Shown: one piece after another, positions 7,071 through 15,408 of the stretch
How the letters are laid out: every line of letters starts with the position of its first letter
Position numbering within the stretch: position 1 is the stretch's first letter
Source of the DNA: a virus
Taxonomy: Duplodnaviria > Caudoviricetes
Reading direction: 5' to 3' (one strand)
DNA: 31,159 bases
IMG/VR virus record: IMGVR_UViG_3300020571_000015
Span: 1 to 31,159 of that record
The notes under the pieces: model-generated
Told to the model about the DNA's origin: nothing
Database searches by the model: none
The model's input: only the letters and a program-made list of their open reading frames with translations
Translations under genes and position numbers: made by a program

Positions 7071-7123
7071 GGTATTTGATGGGTGTTGATGGTTTTGAGC
7101 GTTGGTCGTATGCGCTCCCCACG
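7067..7123 (-). ncRNA. Repeated pseudoknot plus A/C-rich leader element, copy 1
   Basis: CGUG-GG-GAGCG-CA-UACG-ACCAA-CGCUC followed by AAAACCAUCAACACCCAUCAAAUACCAUG. Confidence 0.55.
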
Positions 7124-7131
7124 GTGGTAAT

Positions 7132-7335
7132 TCAGTTGGCTAGAAGCTCGCGGTCTTCATCGCGAAGCTCTCGTTGTCGAACTCTGTGAAGATCACCCGA
7201 GTTGAGGTACAGAAACTCGACAGCAACCGTTCTGTCTCCAACGTCGATGAACTGTGTCTTGTAGATCCGCAGACCGGAGGCAAATCGGGCCTGATGCATA
7301 TGCTCAACTGTCTTGATAACTTTTGGAAAAGTCAT
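7132..7335 (-). CDS. Hypothetical protein
   Basis: 67-aa ORF flanked by the two leader repeats. Confidence 0.65.
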   Translation of the reverse strand: MTFPKVIKTVEHMHQARFASGLRIYKTQFIDVGDRTVAVEFLYLNSGDLHRVRQRELRDEDRELLAN

Positions 7336-7385
7336 GGTATTTGATGGGTGTTAATGGTTTGCGCGTTGGAGAGTCGCGCCCCTCT
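7332..7385 (-). ncRNA. Repeated pseudoknot plus A/C-rich leader element, copy 2
   Basis: AGAG-GG-GCGCG-A-CUCU-CCAA-CGCGC followed by AAACCAUUAACACCCAUCAAAUACCAUG. Confidence 0.55.
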
Positions 7386-7392
7386 TGGTTGA

Positions 7393-7614
7393 TCAGTTGC
7401 AGCGGAAAACAGGTGCAAAAGAATACCGTCCAAGAGCCATAACAAACTCTCCACGGTCGTCGATCTTAACCTTTACACGGCAGACTTTTGCGCCGTTGTA
7501 CACGGTAGCAAACTGCCCTTTGCGGCTAATAACGTTGGCTTGGAAAACGGCGTTGTAGTCAAAAGCACTTCGGGCGGTGAGGATCTGACCGGCTTGGATG
7601 GTGTTGTTCGTCAT
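7393..7614 (-). CDS. Hypothetical protein, first gene of a putative early operon
   Basis: 73-aa beta-rich ORF downstream of the promoter/operator at 7659-7687. Confidence 0.7.
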   Translation of the reverse strand: MTNNTIQAGQILTARSAFDYNAVFQANVISRKGQFATVYNGAKVCRVKVKIDDRGEFVMALGRYSFAPVFRCN

Positions 7615-7658
7615 ATTCTTGTCGTTTATTCGGAGGCGTCGTTGCCTTCGATGTGATG

Positions 7659-7687
7659 AGTAAAACCCAACGTTGGGTTCTCTGCAA
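7659..7687 (-). promoter_or_regulatory. Promoter with palindromic operator in its spacer
   Basis: TTGCAG-17 bp-TTTACT; perfect 16-bp palindrome AACCCAACGTTGGGTT at 7664-7679; A/T tracts upstream. Confidence 0.65.
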
Positions 7688-7817
7688 TAGAAATCTTCAA
7701 CTTTTTTCAGGAGTTTGAAAAACCAGCGAAAACCTTAGGAAAATGCGGTGTTTCTATGGGATGAAACCTAACCCGTCGCAGGATCTCCCTGCACACCATG
7801 CCGCAAATTCCGAGAGC

Positions 7818-8240
7818 TTACTCAGCGTTGATCCTCACGCTGCACCCAGACTGCTGGAGAGCGTAGGTTTTCACCGCTGTAATCTGGTAAATCTGACTGT
7901 CATCGAGCCAGACTCGCTGAGTGTCGGTTATCGCGTCCGTCACCGCTTTGATGAGGTTGTCCAAATCTGGTTTTTTGCAATGCCAGACCGGTGATTTCGC
8001 CTTCGGGACTCCGTGCTTGTCCAGATGCGCTTTGGGTCTCGGAAGGAAGAAGTCTAGCTGCAACCTAATCGGACCCGTTATAAGCGATTCTGGAGCGTTT
8101 GCGATGGATTCCTGACGCACCGCTTGCTTCCAAGACTCTGCTGAATCTGGAGTGTAGACTCCCGCATGACCACCGCGCACAAACGCTTTGACTCGCGGTT
8201 GAGCCTTTGGGATTCCTGAAACGTGAAAATCAAGATGCAT
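7818..8240 (-). CDS. rusA: RusA family Holliday junction resolvase
   Basis: GIPKAQPR, FFLPRPK, KKPDLDNLIKAVTDAI, WLDDSQI; likely start MHLDF at 8240. Confidence 0.9.
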   Translation of the reverse strand: MHLDFHVSGIPKAQPRVKAFVRGGHAGVYTPDSAESWKQAVRQESIANAPESLITGPIRLQLDFFLPRPKAHLDKHGVPKAKSPVWHCKKPDLDNLIKAVTDAITDTQRVWLDDSQIYQITAVKTYALQQSGCSVRINAE

Positions 8241-8559
8241 CGTGCGGCGGGATGATCTCATGGATTCGTCCGGTGATGCGCGGATTCGCGTACCACCAGC
8301 CCGTCGCGCTCTTCTCGGCCAATGCATCGCAATCGCCGTCAAACATGATATGCGTCCCCTCAGTGAGCATCCTTACGCAATCCATGTCCTCTGGGTCAAA
8401 AGACCGGAACGTGACCCGCTGTGCGTACGGTTTTCCGTTCGCAAGAGTGCGCTTCTCAAACTCAACGACAGCAAGCAGGAATCTCTTGCCGTCGTCGGTA
8501 GTAATGACCTCAGCGTCTGAGTGGAGTCGTCCGAATCCTCGGGACCATAGATGCCTCAT
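8230..8559 (-). CDS. Divergent SSB-like OB-fold protein lacking an acidic tail
   Basis: GRLHSDAEV...DDGK...LTEGTHIMFDG resembles SSB GRLxxDPE...LxKGxxVxVxG; within the recombination module. Confidence 0.5.
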   Translation of the reverse strand: MRHLWSRGFGRLHSDAEVITTDDGKRFLLAVVEFEKRTLANGKPYAQRVTFRSFDPEDMDCVRMLTEGTHIMFDGDCDALAEKSATGWWYANPRITGRIHEIIPPHDAS

Positions 8560-8990
8560 CGAGTGTATCCCTCCAGTCGGGCCGGTGAATAACTCGGAGA
8601 CTTTACGATCTTACCGTCAGTCCGTCTCACAATGTGGCGGTTGTCCCCAACTCGGTGCGAGCGGCAGTCAGCGGGAATCCGATCCAGTTCGTCGTCAGTC
8701 CAGACCTTTGACATATTGGATCGGTGAATTTCAGTGAAAGCAGCGTCTACTTGATGCGGGGAGAAGCCAGCAGCCAGCGCGGCTCCATAAACGACGTAGA
8801 GCAGGTCTCCGATTGCGTCGAGATACTCGACAGCGGAAGTTGATTCGGAAAGCTCCTGAGCCTCCTCGTCAATCAGTCGATACCGAAGGTTGATCGTGAT
8901 GGGGTCTGGCAGTGCGGGACGCTCTGGGATGCATTGTTGATAGGTCCGCATAAACTCGCGGACTAGTTCCATTGGATGGGTTTGATTCAT
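8556..8990 (-). CDS. MazG-like/PRA-PH family NTP pyrophosphohydrolase
   Basis: VREF, LRYRLIDEEAQEL, DAIGDLLYVVYG, EIHRSNMSK, DGKIVK. Confidence 0.85.
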   Translation of the reverse strand: MNQTHPMELVREFMRTYQQCIPERPALPDPITINLRYRLIDEEAQELSESTSAVEYLDAIGDLLYVVYGAALAAGFSPHQVDAAFTEIHRSNMSKVWTDDELDRIPADCRSHRVGDNRHIVRRTDGKIVKSPSYSPARLEGYTR

Positions 8991-10093
8991 TTGGTCTTTG
9001 TAAGTGTGGGTTGGGAGGTCTTGGATTCGGTGCAGCCGTCGAGAAGAGCATCAAGCTTGTTGGTGAGTTGCTGACCCTTAAAGCCAGTCGCAGTCTTGAT
9101 CGCTTCTTTGAGCTTCGCTTTGTTGAGCGTGATCGCAGGAGCAAGCTGCTCGTAAGTTCCGAGTTCCAAGAAGCGTGAAGCCACTTTTTCGGAGTCAGTG
9201 ATCGACTCGCGCACCGATCCTTCTTTGAGCGTCCAACCTTCGATGGCGCCTCCTTCACTAAGCCTCCGTCGAGCTTCCGCACGACAAGCTTCGATAACCG
9301 CTTCAGCTTGTGCTGCACGGTCCAAGAACGCTGCGAGCGTCTGGTTGGTTAACGTCGCAGCAATAGCGTCCGGCGTTATACCATCCGGCGCATTGGTCAG
9401 CGGAGGAGCAACCGCAAGCTCCCGCGCTTCGGGACAATAGGGTTTCCCTTTGCAATACTTGCAAGCCGACTCTGACGGAGTGCGCGGTTGTCCCACTTTC
9501 TGAATCTCTTTCATCAGCCCATTCGCTTCCATTATGGCTGAATGAATATCTGACGACTCGTAGACCGACACACTCGGAGGTCCCGCTAAAGGCTGGATGA
9601 TTGCAACCGTAACCCGATCAAGCGTGAATCCCCAAGACTCGTCCAACAGAGCGACCAAGCAGCGCAATTGAAGGTTCTCCGCTGCGTTCTCTACGGCTCC
9701 ACGACCGCTCTTGTAGTCGATGATCAACCCGTAGAGCATTCCTTCATCGTTGGCGGTGTAGATGACATCAGGTTTTCCGCTCCAGAGTCGCTCTCCATCT
9801 TGAGTCAGCGACCAAAGCCGTTTCTCTCGGAAGCAGTTGGTCTCAAGCTCACCAAAGGTCTGTTTGACCAATTCAAGTTCCTGTTCCCTGCAACGATCAA
9901 TGATCCAAGTCTCATCGGTCGTCAGATTGCTGACCGGCTCCAGCGCAAGTGCTGCGTGGATACGGTTTCCGATTGCTGCGTCTCCGGTTGATTCAACCTC
10001 CGCAACTTGACGCTCCAGATCCCAACTTCCGAGACAAGCAGAGTAGCGGCTCGCTGCGGACGCTGACGGTAGTCCACTGCGTTCGTCACTCAT
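8987..10093 (-). CDS. Cas4-like PD-(D/E)XK exonuclease (DUF2800-like)
   Basis: SASAASRYSACLGS, GNRIH, GKPDV, IIDYKSG, NLQL, IIQP, CKYCKGKPYCP; next to the annealase. Confidence 0.8.
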   Translation of the reverse strand: MSDERSGLPSASAASRYSACLGSWDLERQVAEVESTGDAAIGNRIHAALALEPVSNLTTDETWIIDRCREQELELVKQTFGELETNCFREKRLWSLTQDGERLWSGKPDVIYTANDEGMLYGLIIDYKSGRGAVENAAENLQLRCLVALLDESWGFTLDRVTVAIIQPLAGPPSVSVYESSDIHSAIMEANGLMKEIQKVGQPRTPSESACKYCKGKPYCPEARELAVAPPLTNAPDGITPDAIAATLTNQTLAAFLDRAAQAEAVIEACRAEARRRLSEGGAIEGWTLKEGSVRESITDSEKVASRFLELGTYEQLAPAITLNKAKLKEAIKTATGFKGQQLTNKLDALLDGCTESKTSQPTLTKTK

Positions 10094-10748
10094 TGGATTT
10101 CCCTTCGTTAAGAGTCAGCTCGGTGGGTTGAACAACCACAGACGGAGCCGGTTCAGACTCGGGTTCAACCTTCGGCTCCAGCTTGCTGCGGAAGATTGGA
10201 CGCGAAGGGGTAACGTTGACCGGAGCTTGCGGGATTGCCTCCTCTTCGTCAGTGATGCCGCTGAACCCAAACGCTACGCGAGCGCATTGGATCAACGCTT
10301 TGTGTCGCAACATACGGCGAGGGTTGACCTTCCACGGTTCGGTATTCCGCGAGCATTCCGAGAAGTACTCGGTCACTTCAACCGGATGGGTCCGGTCTTT
10401 AAGATGAATCGTAGCAGTCACCGAGAACGGCTTTCCGTCTTTGTCTTCGGTCGTGAACTGGATGCCGTCGAAGCTCGCGTGATTATTCATCATGCGTATC
10501 CACCCATCGACTGAGACCACCGGCTGGATGCCGCCATTGCGAGCAGGGAATGCGTAGATTTCGCGAGTGAACGGGTTGAGTCCGTACTGGTTAGCGACCA
10601 CCACAAACGAGAGCATCTCCTCGTTCGTCGCTTTGGGCATTAGGGTTGCGCGGAGAGTCTCCAGCAGCTTGGTTGGCTCAACACTAAATTTGCTCGCCAT
10701 CACTGCGAGCGCGGACTGTTTCTGACTTGGAATAATCTCTTGTTTCAT
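10086..10748 (-). CDS. bet: Single-strand annealing recombinase, lambda Bet/RecT family
   Basis: VANQYGLNPFTREIYAFP...GGIQPVVSVDGWIR...PWKVNPRRMLRHKALIQCARVAFGFSGI; likely start MKQEII at 10748. Confidence 0.9.
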   Translation of the reverse strand: MKQEIIPSQKQSALAVMASKFSVEPTKLLETLRATLMPKATNEEMLSFVVVANQYGLNPFTREIYAFPARNGGIQPVVSVDGWIRMMNNHASFDGIQFTTEDKDGKPFSVTATIHLKDRTHPVEVTEYFSECSRNTEPWKVNPRRMLRHKALIQCARVAFGFSGITDEEEAIPQAPVNVTPSRPIFRSKLEPKVEPESEPAPSVVVQPTELTLNEGKSNE

Positions 10749-10887
10749 TGGTCTTCTTTGGCCTACCTCCGCGCTTTCCATTTGCGCGAGAAGCTTCGGC
10801 CTTTGCAGATGATTTGACCCCACCCAACTCCTTCGCGAGATCGCGGAGACTTGCGGCAAAAATGCAGTTGCAGGACGGACATTTCAT
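10684..10887 (-). CDS. Small basic protein with CxxC and NGKRGGRPKK motif; candidate repressor
   Basis: MKCPSC...GGVKSSAKAEASRANGKRGGRPKK; first gene after the promoter/operator at 10900-10928. Confidence 0.6.
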   Translation of the reverse strand: MKCPSCNCIFAASLRDLAKELGGVKSSAKAEASRANGKRGGRPKKTNETRDYSKSETVRARSDGEQI

Positions 10888-10899
10888 CGGCTGAAGAGA

Positions 10900-10928
10900 C
10901 CAATAACCCAACGGTGGGTTTGTGTCAA
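10900..10928 (-). promoter_or_regulatory. Promoter with operator in its spacer
   Basis: TTGACA-17 bp-TATTGG; aacccaacggtgggtt at 10905-10920 is a 15/16 match to the 7664-7679 palindrome. Confidence 0.65.
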
Positions 10929-13621
10929 GCTACGTCGAGATCAACGTACCGAATGAACCGATAGAATGGGTCTCCGGTAACGTCCTCAAAGTTGGCAGAT
11001 TGGGTCGTCTCACCGAAGCCGTAGGATCGCATTGGCTCCCAAGCGGTTGCAGGAGTCAAGGTGCCCCCAGACGCATTAATGACCTGATTGGAGCAATCGA
11101 AGTTGAAAGCGTTGAACCCATTTGACCGGCTGTAGGTCGCAAGCTCCATCTGGCTTACGACCCAATAATTCTGACCAAGCGTAGTGTCGTACAACTCTTT
11201 AGCTTGGACTCCATTTGCCAAGAAAGCGTTGTATTGATTTTGATCTATGAAGAAACACGGTCCTTCTGACGGGTCCAAGCAAGTTTTTGTTAGGTCTTTT
11301 GGAATGAGGTTTCCCAATATGCTTGGTTCAAGTATTCCTGACGCATCAAATCCATAAATCGGACACCAGACTTCAGCGTGAGCCAACGGAACTGAGCGAT
11401 TCCATCCAGAAACGTGAGCTTCCAACAGATTCCACAGAAACGCTGACTTTGGAATCTTGTGGTAGAACGGCCCAATTCCATCGTAATTCAGAGCGTTTGC
11501 AGTGCTAGAATACGGGAGATCAAAATAAGTAGATGAAGTCCACCTGATGTCAGCAATGTAAGCTTGCGCTGCACTAGTCAAATCAATTTGTTTATACCAC
11601 GGAGCCAAACAAGCCATTGCAGCATTGTTTTGGTCTTTGAATACATCGTCAGCAACACCGTTATCTTGAATCGTCTTGTTGGGTCTTCCCAGAACTCTAA
11701 CAGACGCATCAACGCCACCTTTGCCGCCCCATTTATTGACCCAGAAATCAGATCCAAAAACGTTGGTTACATTTGGAGTCAGCGGATCGGTTGTGAAAAC
11801 CCGCTCAAGATTGTAGTCGTAAACGCTGCTTGAAAAAGCCCAAGGTCCACCTGATGGAATGTAAGCGCAATTGACAGCCGGATTGTAGTGTCCCAGACCT
11901 ATCTCGGTGCTAATCTGCGGGAATACATATCCGTACATTCCGCTTTGGTTACTTGGCTGTGCTATAATGTATGTTTTAGTGGCAGATATGTATTTGTTGT
12001 TTGAATAACCAATTGCCGGTGAGAATCCTTTTGGCCTTAACTCAGTTCGCAATTCTATTACGTTTGCGCTGCGTTCGTAGTTAGGAATCTCGCTTAAAGC
12101 GTTAGCGTCAAATGCCTCAATGCCAACGGCGGTTGATGCTGTTACTGTTAATCCGATTGAGCTTAATCTGACGATCCCAACTTTCTCTTCGCTAATATCA
12201 ACTTCATCGTCGTAAGCATTCAAAAACCCTTCTTCAACTGCAACCCTTCTGCGAAGCGTCCGCATTGTTTCCATCCATGTTGGGACGTTGCCGGATTGCC
12301 ATTGGGTTGCCGTGTTGGGTGTTGCTACGTTCTGGGTGTAGTAGTAGGACGGATACGCAATTGAAATGTAAGTTGTAGTAGGATTGATCTGCCAGTATGG
12401 ATCGGTTGAACCAAAGAAGACATTGCAGTCAATTGGATAGATTCTGACAATTGCATTCGGTCTCTTGCTACTCATCACCAAGACATCGCCAGAAACCTCA
12501 GCGTTGATTCCTATGCGTTGGAGCTTCGGCATGAAGTCGGTAACTCCGGTGAATACAGTGATGTAATCCTCAAAGACGACACCGGAAAGGCTGCTGTAAA
12601 TCTGAACTCTAGCGCGTCCCCAAGTGAAGATTGCGTCCCCAATTGCGGTATTCGCATCCGTTGGGTCTGAGTATTCTGGATGCAGTGCGCGGATGTCGTA
12701 AGCAAAGCGAGCGTCAACCCATGCGCCCATTGCTCGCATCCATTGCAGCAACAAAAACGGGTTCGCAATGTTGTTGGCTTTTGCTGACCTCTCCATGCAT
12801 ACGGAAAGAGAGTCTCCAACTCCGTAGTTTGGCGGACCACCAGCAAAGTAAGGAACATCTCCCGCAAAGTACGGGAAGAAATAAGTGCAAGCAGTGCCAT
12901 CCCTCCACGTTGTTGCCCAAGAGCCGTCAGCGCGTCTTCTGAACGATCTACAGCCCATTGCTGGAACCGTCTTGGTCTCCGCTGAGCCGTCTGGCAATTG
13001 GAGCAAGACCCTCATGTCTTTGCTTCCGCAATTGTGAACCCTCCAGCAATCAAACCGTTTGTAACTGTTTAGAATTTTGAAAGTCAAAAGACCTTCAATC
13101 CGTATCTCAGCAACTGCGGTTTTGTGGTTATGGATTCTACCGGGAGGCAGTGAAGGTTCAGATCCAACTGAAGTGAAGTAAGACCTAACGTAAGAATCAA
13201 AACCAGAATCCCAATCGTCCCAACCTAAATGGACATCGTAATCAATACCATCAACATTGCGCTTGTGTAGCTCAAAAGACTTTTGAATTGAGCCAACGTT
13301 GCAATATGAAGAGTTGAAAGAAGTGACGTAGTGATCAACGTAAACTTGACCTCCGCTAACGTCTAAGTGCTTGCTCTCAAGCTTTGAAAGCTCAATCGCA
13401 ATCTGCGTTTGTGTTGGAGTGCTTCCAGTGACATAGAAGCTTGTGGCTGGATCAATACAATAGTCGTATTGAACGCCAAAAGGTATCTTAGAACTGAGAC
13501 CAACAACAAACGGGGTCTTGCCGTCTAACGCTCTTGCACACTTATTGTCGAACCGTGCGTACAGATCGTTCAAGTTCCGCGCATTGAACATCCGCTGACG
13601 CTTGTCTGTAGCAACGGGCAT
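10925..13621 (-). CDS. Large virion protein, probably tail tip or receptor-binding
   Basis: 898-aa ORF rich in aromatic, Ser, Thr and Asn residues; last gene of the tail module; function inferred from position only. Confidence 0.6.
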   Translation of the reverse strand: MPVATDKRQRMFNARNLNDLYARFDNKCARALDGKTPFVVGLSSKIPFGVQYDYCIDPATSFYVTGSTPTQTQIAIELSKLESKHLDVSGGQVYVDHYVTSFNSSYCNVGSIQKSFELHKRNVDGIDYDVHLGWDDWDSGFDSYVRSYFTSVGSEPSLPPGRIHNHKTAVAEIRIEGLLTFKILNSYKRFDCWRVHNCGSKDMRVLLQLPDGSAETKTVPAMGCRSFRRRADGSWATTWRDGTACTYFFPYFAGDVPYFAGGPPNYGVGDSLSVCMERSAKANNIANPFLLLQWMRAMGAWVDARFAYDIRALHPEYSDPTDANTAIGDAIFTWGRARVQIYSSLSGVVFEDYITVFTGVTDFMPKLQRIGINAEVSGDVLVMSSKRPNAIVRIYPIDCNVFFGSTDPYWQINPTTTYISIAYPSYYYTQNVATPNTATQWQSGNVPTWMETMRTLRRRVAVEEGFLNAYDDEVDISEEKVGIVRLSSIGLTVTASTAVGIEAFDANALSEIPNYERSANVIELRTELRPKGFSPAIGYSNNKYISATKTYIIAQPSNQSGMYGYVFPQISTEIGLGHYNPAVNCAYIPSGGPWAFSSSVYDYNLERVFTTDPLTPNVTNVFGSDFWVNKWGGKGGVDASVRVLGRPNKTIQDNGVADDVFKDQNNAAMACLAPWYKQIDLTSAAQAYIADIRWTSSTYFDLPYSSTANALNYDGIGPFYHKIPKSAFLWNLLEAHVSGWNRSVPLAHAEVWCPIYGFDASGILEPSILGNLIPKDLTKTCLDPSEGPCFFIDQNQYNAFLANGVQAKELYDTTLGQNYWVVSQMELATYSRSNGFNAFNFDCSNQVINASGGTLTPATAWEPMRSYGFGETTQSANFEDVTGDPFYRFIRYVDLDVA

Positions 13622-13624
13622 ACA

Positions 13625-13837
13625 TCAATAAAAGAAGTCGTCAGGAGTACCACCAACAATTGTGGCTGGCGGTTGTTTGATCTTGATGGTTGTCCCGTTC
13701 GGAGTCTGCTCAATAGCTTGATCCGGTCCAGCGACAAGCTGGATCTTGCGGACTGCATCAATCAGTTGATTGATGGCGCGAGCGTGATCGGCTTTCATAC
13801 CACGTTCTGCAACCTTAGATGGAAGCGTTACAGCCAT
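13625..13837 (-). CDS. Small tail-associated hypothetical protein
   Basis: 70 aa; INQLIDAVRK...IEQTPNGTTIKI; TAATG coupling. Confidence 0.6.
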   Translation of the reverse strand: MAVTLPSKVAERGMKADHARAINQLIDAVRKIQLVAGPDQAIEQTPNGTTIKIKQPPATIVGGTPDDFFY

Positions 13838-14202
13838 TAGATCTCGCAGTATTGAGCGAACACCTTAACCACAGATCCGCTGATAACTGCTCGCAGATAC
13901 AAGTTAGAATCCACTCGCGGAATCAGCATGAACTCACCGGCGGGAATCTGGAACTGGTAAGGAATCGAAACTCCAACATACACCGCATTTTGTAGGTCCA
14001 AATTCTTAATCAGCACCTTATACGGGAGCGAAAGATCCGCAGCGATCTCAAGTAGTTCGTCAGAACCGGAACCGATATCTTGGGTATTTTGACCCATGTC
14101 GCTTCCGGTCATGTTTGCCGTAGCGGTGAACGTCTGAGGGTTGATAGATGCGCCATTCTTTGACGCATACAACCGCGCTGTCATTTCAATTTCGTTCGCC
14201 AT
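13837..14202 (-). CDS. Putative virion protein, paralog of 14214..14573
   Basis: MANEIEMTARLYASKNGA...PYKVLIKNLD...IPAGE...LYLRA...CEI. Confidence 0.75.
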   Translation of the reverse strand: MANEIEMTARLYASKNGASINPQTFTATANMTGSDMGQNTQDIGSGSDELLEIAADLSLPYKVLIKNLDLQNAVYVGVSIPYQFQIPAGEFMLIPRVDSNLYLRAVISGSVVKVFAQYCEI

Positions 14203-14213
14203 ATCTCAAACGG

Positions 14214-14573
14214 TTAGATCTCGCAGAACGTCGCTTGAATCGTCACGTTGCTGGTATCCGCTTTGAGATACAGAGTCGCGCTGACGTATGGCATCAAGAG
14301 CGTCTCGCCAGCGGGAATCCGCATCGTGTAGGTTCCAGAAACAAATCCCAACTCAACGAAGTTGGTGCTGTCGAGGTTGGAAATCAACAGCTTGTACGGG
14401 CTGGAGACATCAACCGGAACGTCCAAAGCTTCAACGGTAGTTCCGATCAATTGGGTCTGAGAACCCATGTCGGTTCCAACCATCGTTGCGGATTTGGTGT
14501 AAGTCACGCTCGGGAGATACGCACCACCTTTGGAAGCGTACAAGCGAGCGGTCATCTGAATTTCGTCTGCCAT
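14214..14573 (-). CDS. Putative virion protein, paralog of 13837..14202
   Basis: MADEIQMTARLYASKGGA...PYKLLISNLD...IPAGE...LYLKA...CEI. Confidence 0.75.
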   Translation of the reverse strand: MADEIQMTARLYASKGGAYLPSVTYTKSATMVGTDMGSQTQLIGTTVEALDVPVDVSSPYKLLISNLDSTNFVELGFVSGTYTMRIPAGETLLMPYVSATLYLKADTSNVTIQATFCEI

Positions 14574-14585
14574 AGTCTGTAAGTG

Positions 14586-15407
14586 TTAGAATGCTGGGTT
14601 GTATGGATACGCGAAAAGATCCCACGCTGCAAAGGTCCAAGTTTCATTCCGTTCAACTTGGTTGGTCTTAATCATCAAACTTGTTGAATCGTTGGTTTTC
14701 AACCAAGCCCAAGCGGTTTCATCTGGAGTCAGCAACGGGTCAAGCGGTGCTTGCGGCATCACGTTACGCACAACTTGCGGAAATCTATTCCGGTTTGCGA
14801 GCGTGATTGAATCGTAGATTGCCGAGATGATCGGAGGAGTGGCAGGAAGACCGTTGCGAGCCGAGTAAGTAGAGATCCGAGTTAGAGACACTCTGGAAGT
14901 CTGAAAGCTGCTTTGACCTCTAGCCAATCTCCTGACCAACTTGTGAGCCAGCGGAAATTGAGTTTCAAGCAGCGGCAACTTGTTGTTCTTCGGATCGTCT
15001 CCAGCTTGCTTCACTGCTGCAAAGTACAACTCAGTATCAAGATTCTTTTTGGCTTCAGCGCGGACGGCAGGAAGCTCAAACAACGATGCATCAACGTATT
15101 CTGTGCGGAACTCATACCGCTGAGCAGGATCATCTTCGTCTAACGGACCCTGAGCGGTTGGTGTGTTAGGGTTAAAGTTAACCCCTGAAAACGTTACGGT
15201 TGCAGTCGAATAAGGACCGTCTTCAGTGATTTGATATTTGCCACCAGCAGCAACCCAATCAGCAGACGCAAGCCGCAAAGCATCTTTGCTACCACGGTAC
15301 TTGTAGGTAATGAAACGACCAGTGCCATCACCGTTGTTGTACTCGCGGGAAATCTCAATGTATCCAGTTGCAACTGGCGTGATGACATTGGTTTTGATCG
15401 TTGCCAT
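14586..15407 (-). CDS. Putative distal tail/baseplate hub protein
   Basis: 273-aa ORF immediately after the tape measure gene; positional inference. Confidence 0.5.
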   Translation of the reverse strand: MATIKTNVITPVATGYIEISREYNNGDGTGRFITYKYRGSKDALRLASADWVAAGGKYQITEDGPYSTATVTFSGVNFNPNTPTAQGPLDEDDPAQRYEFRTEYVDASLFELPAVRAEAKKNLDTELYFAAVKQAGDDPKNNKLPLLETQFPLAHKLVRRLARGQSSFQTSRVSLTRISTYSARNGLPATPPIISAIYDSITLANRNRFPQVVRNVMPQAPLDPLLTPDETAWAWLKTNDSTSLMIKTNQVERNETWTFAAWDLFAYPYNPAF

Positions 15408-15408
15408 A

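Noticed and set aside
7067-7385. Two 29-nt direct repeats as a mini-CRISPR array or att sites
   Set aside because: There are only two copies, separated by a whole gene and including its start codon, and no integrase is present.
8987-10093. Cas4-like nuclease as evidence of a CRISPR-Cas system
   Set aside because: There is no repeat-spacer array or other cas gene, and its position next to Bet indicates a recombination exonuclease.
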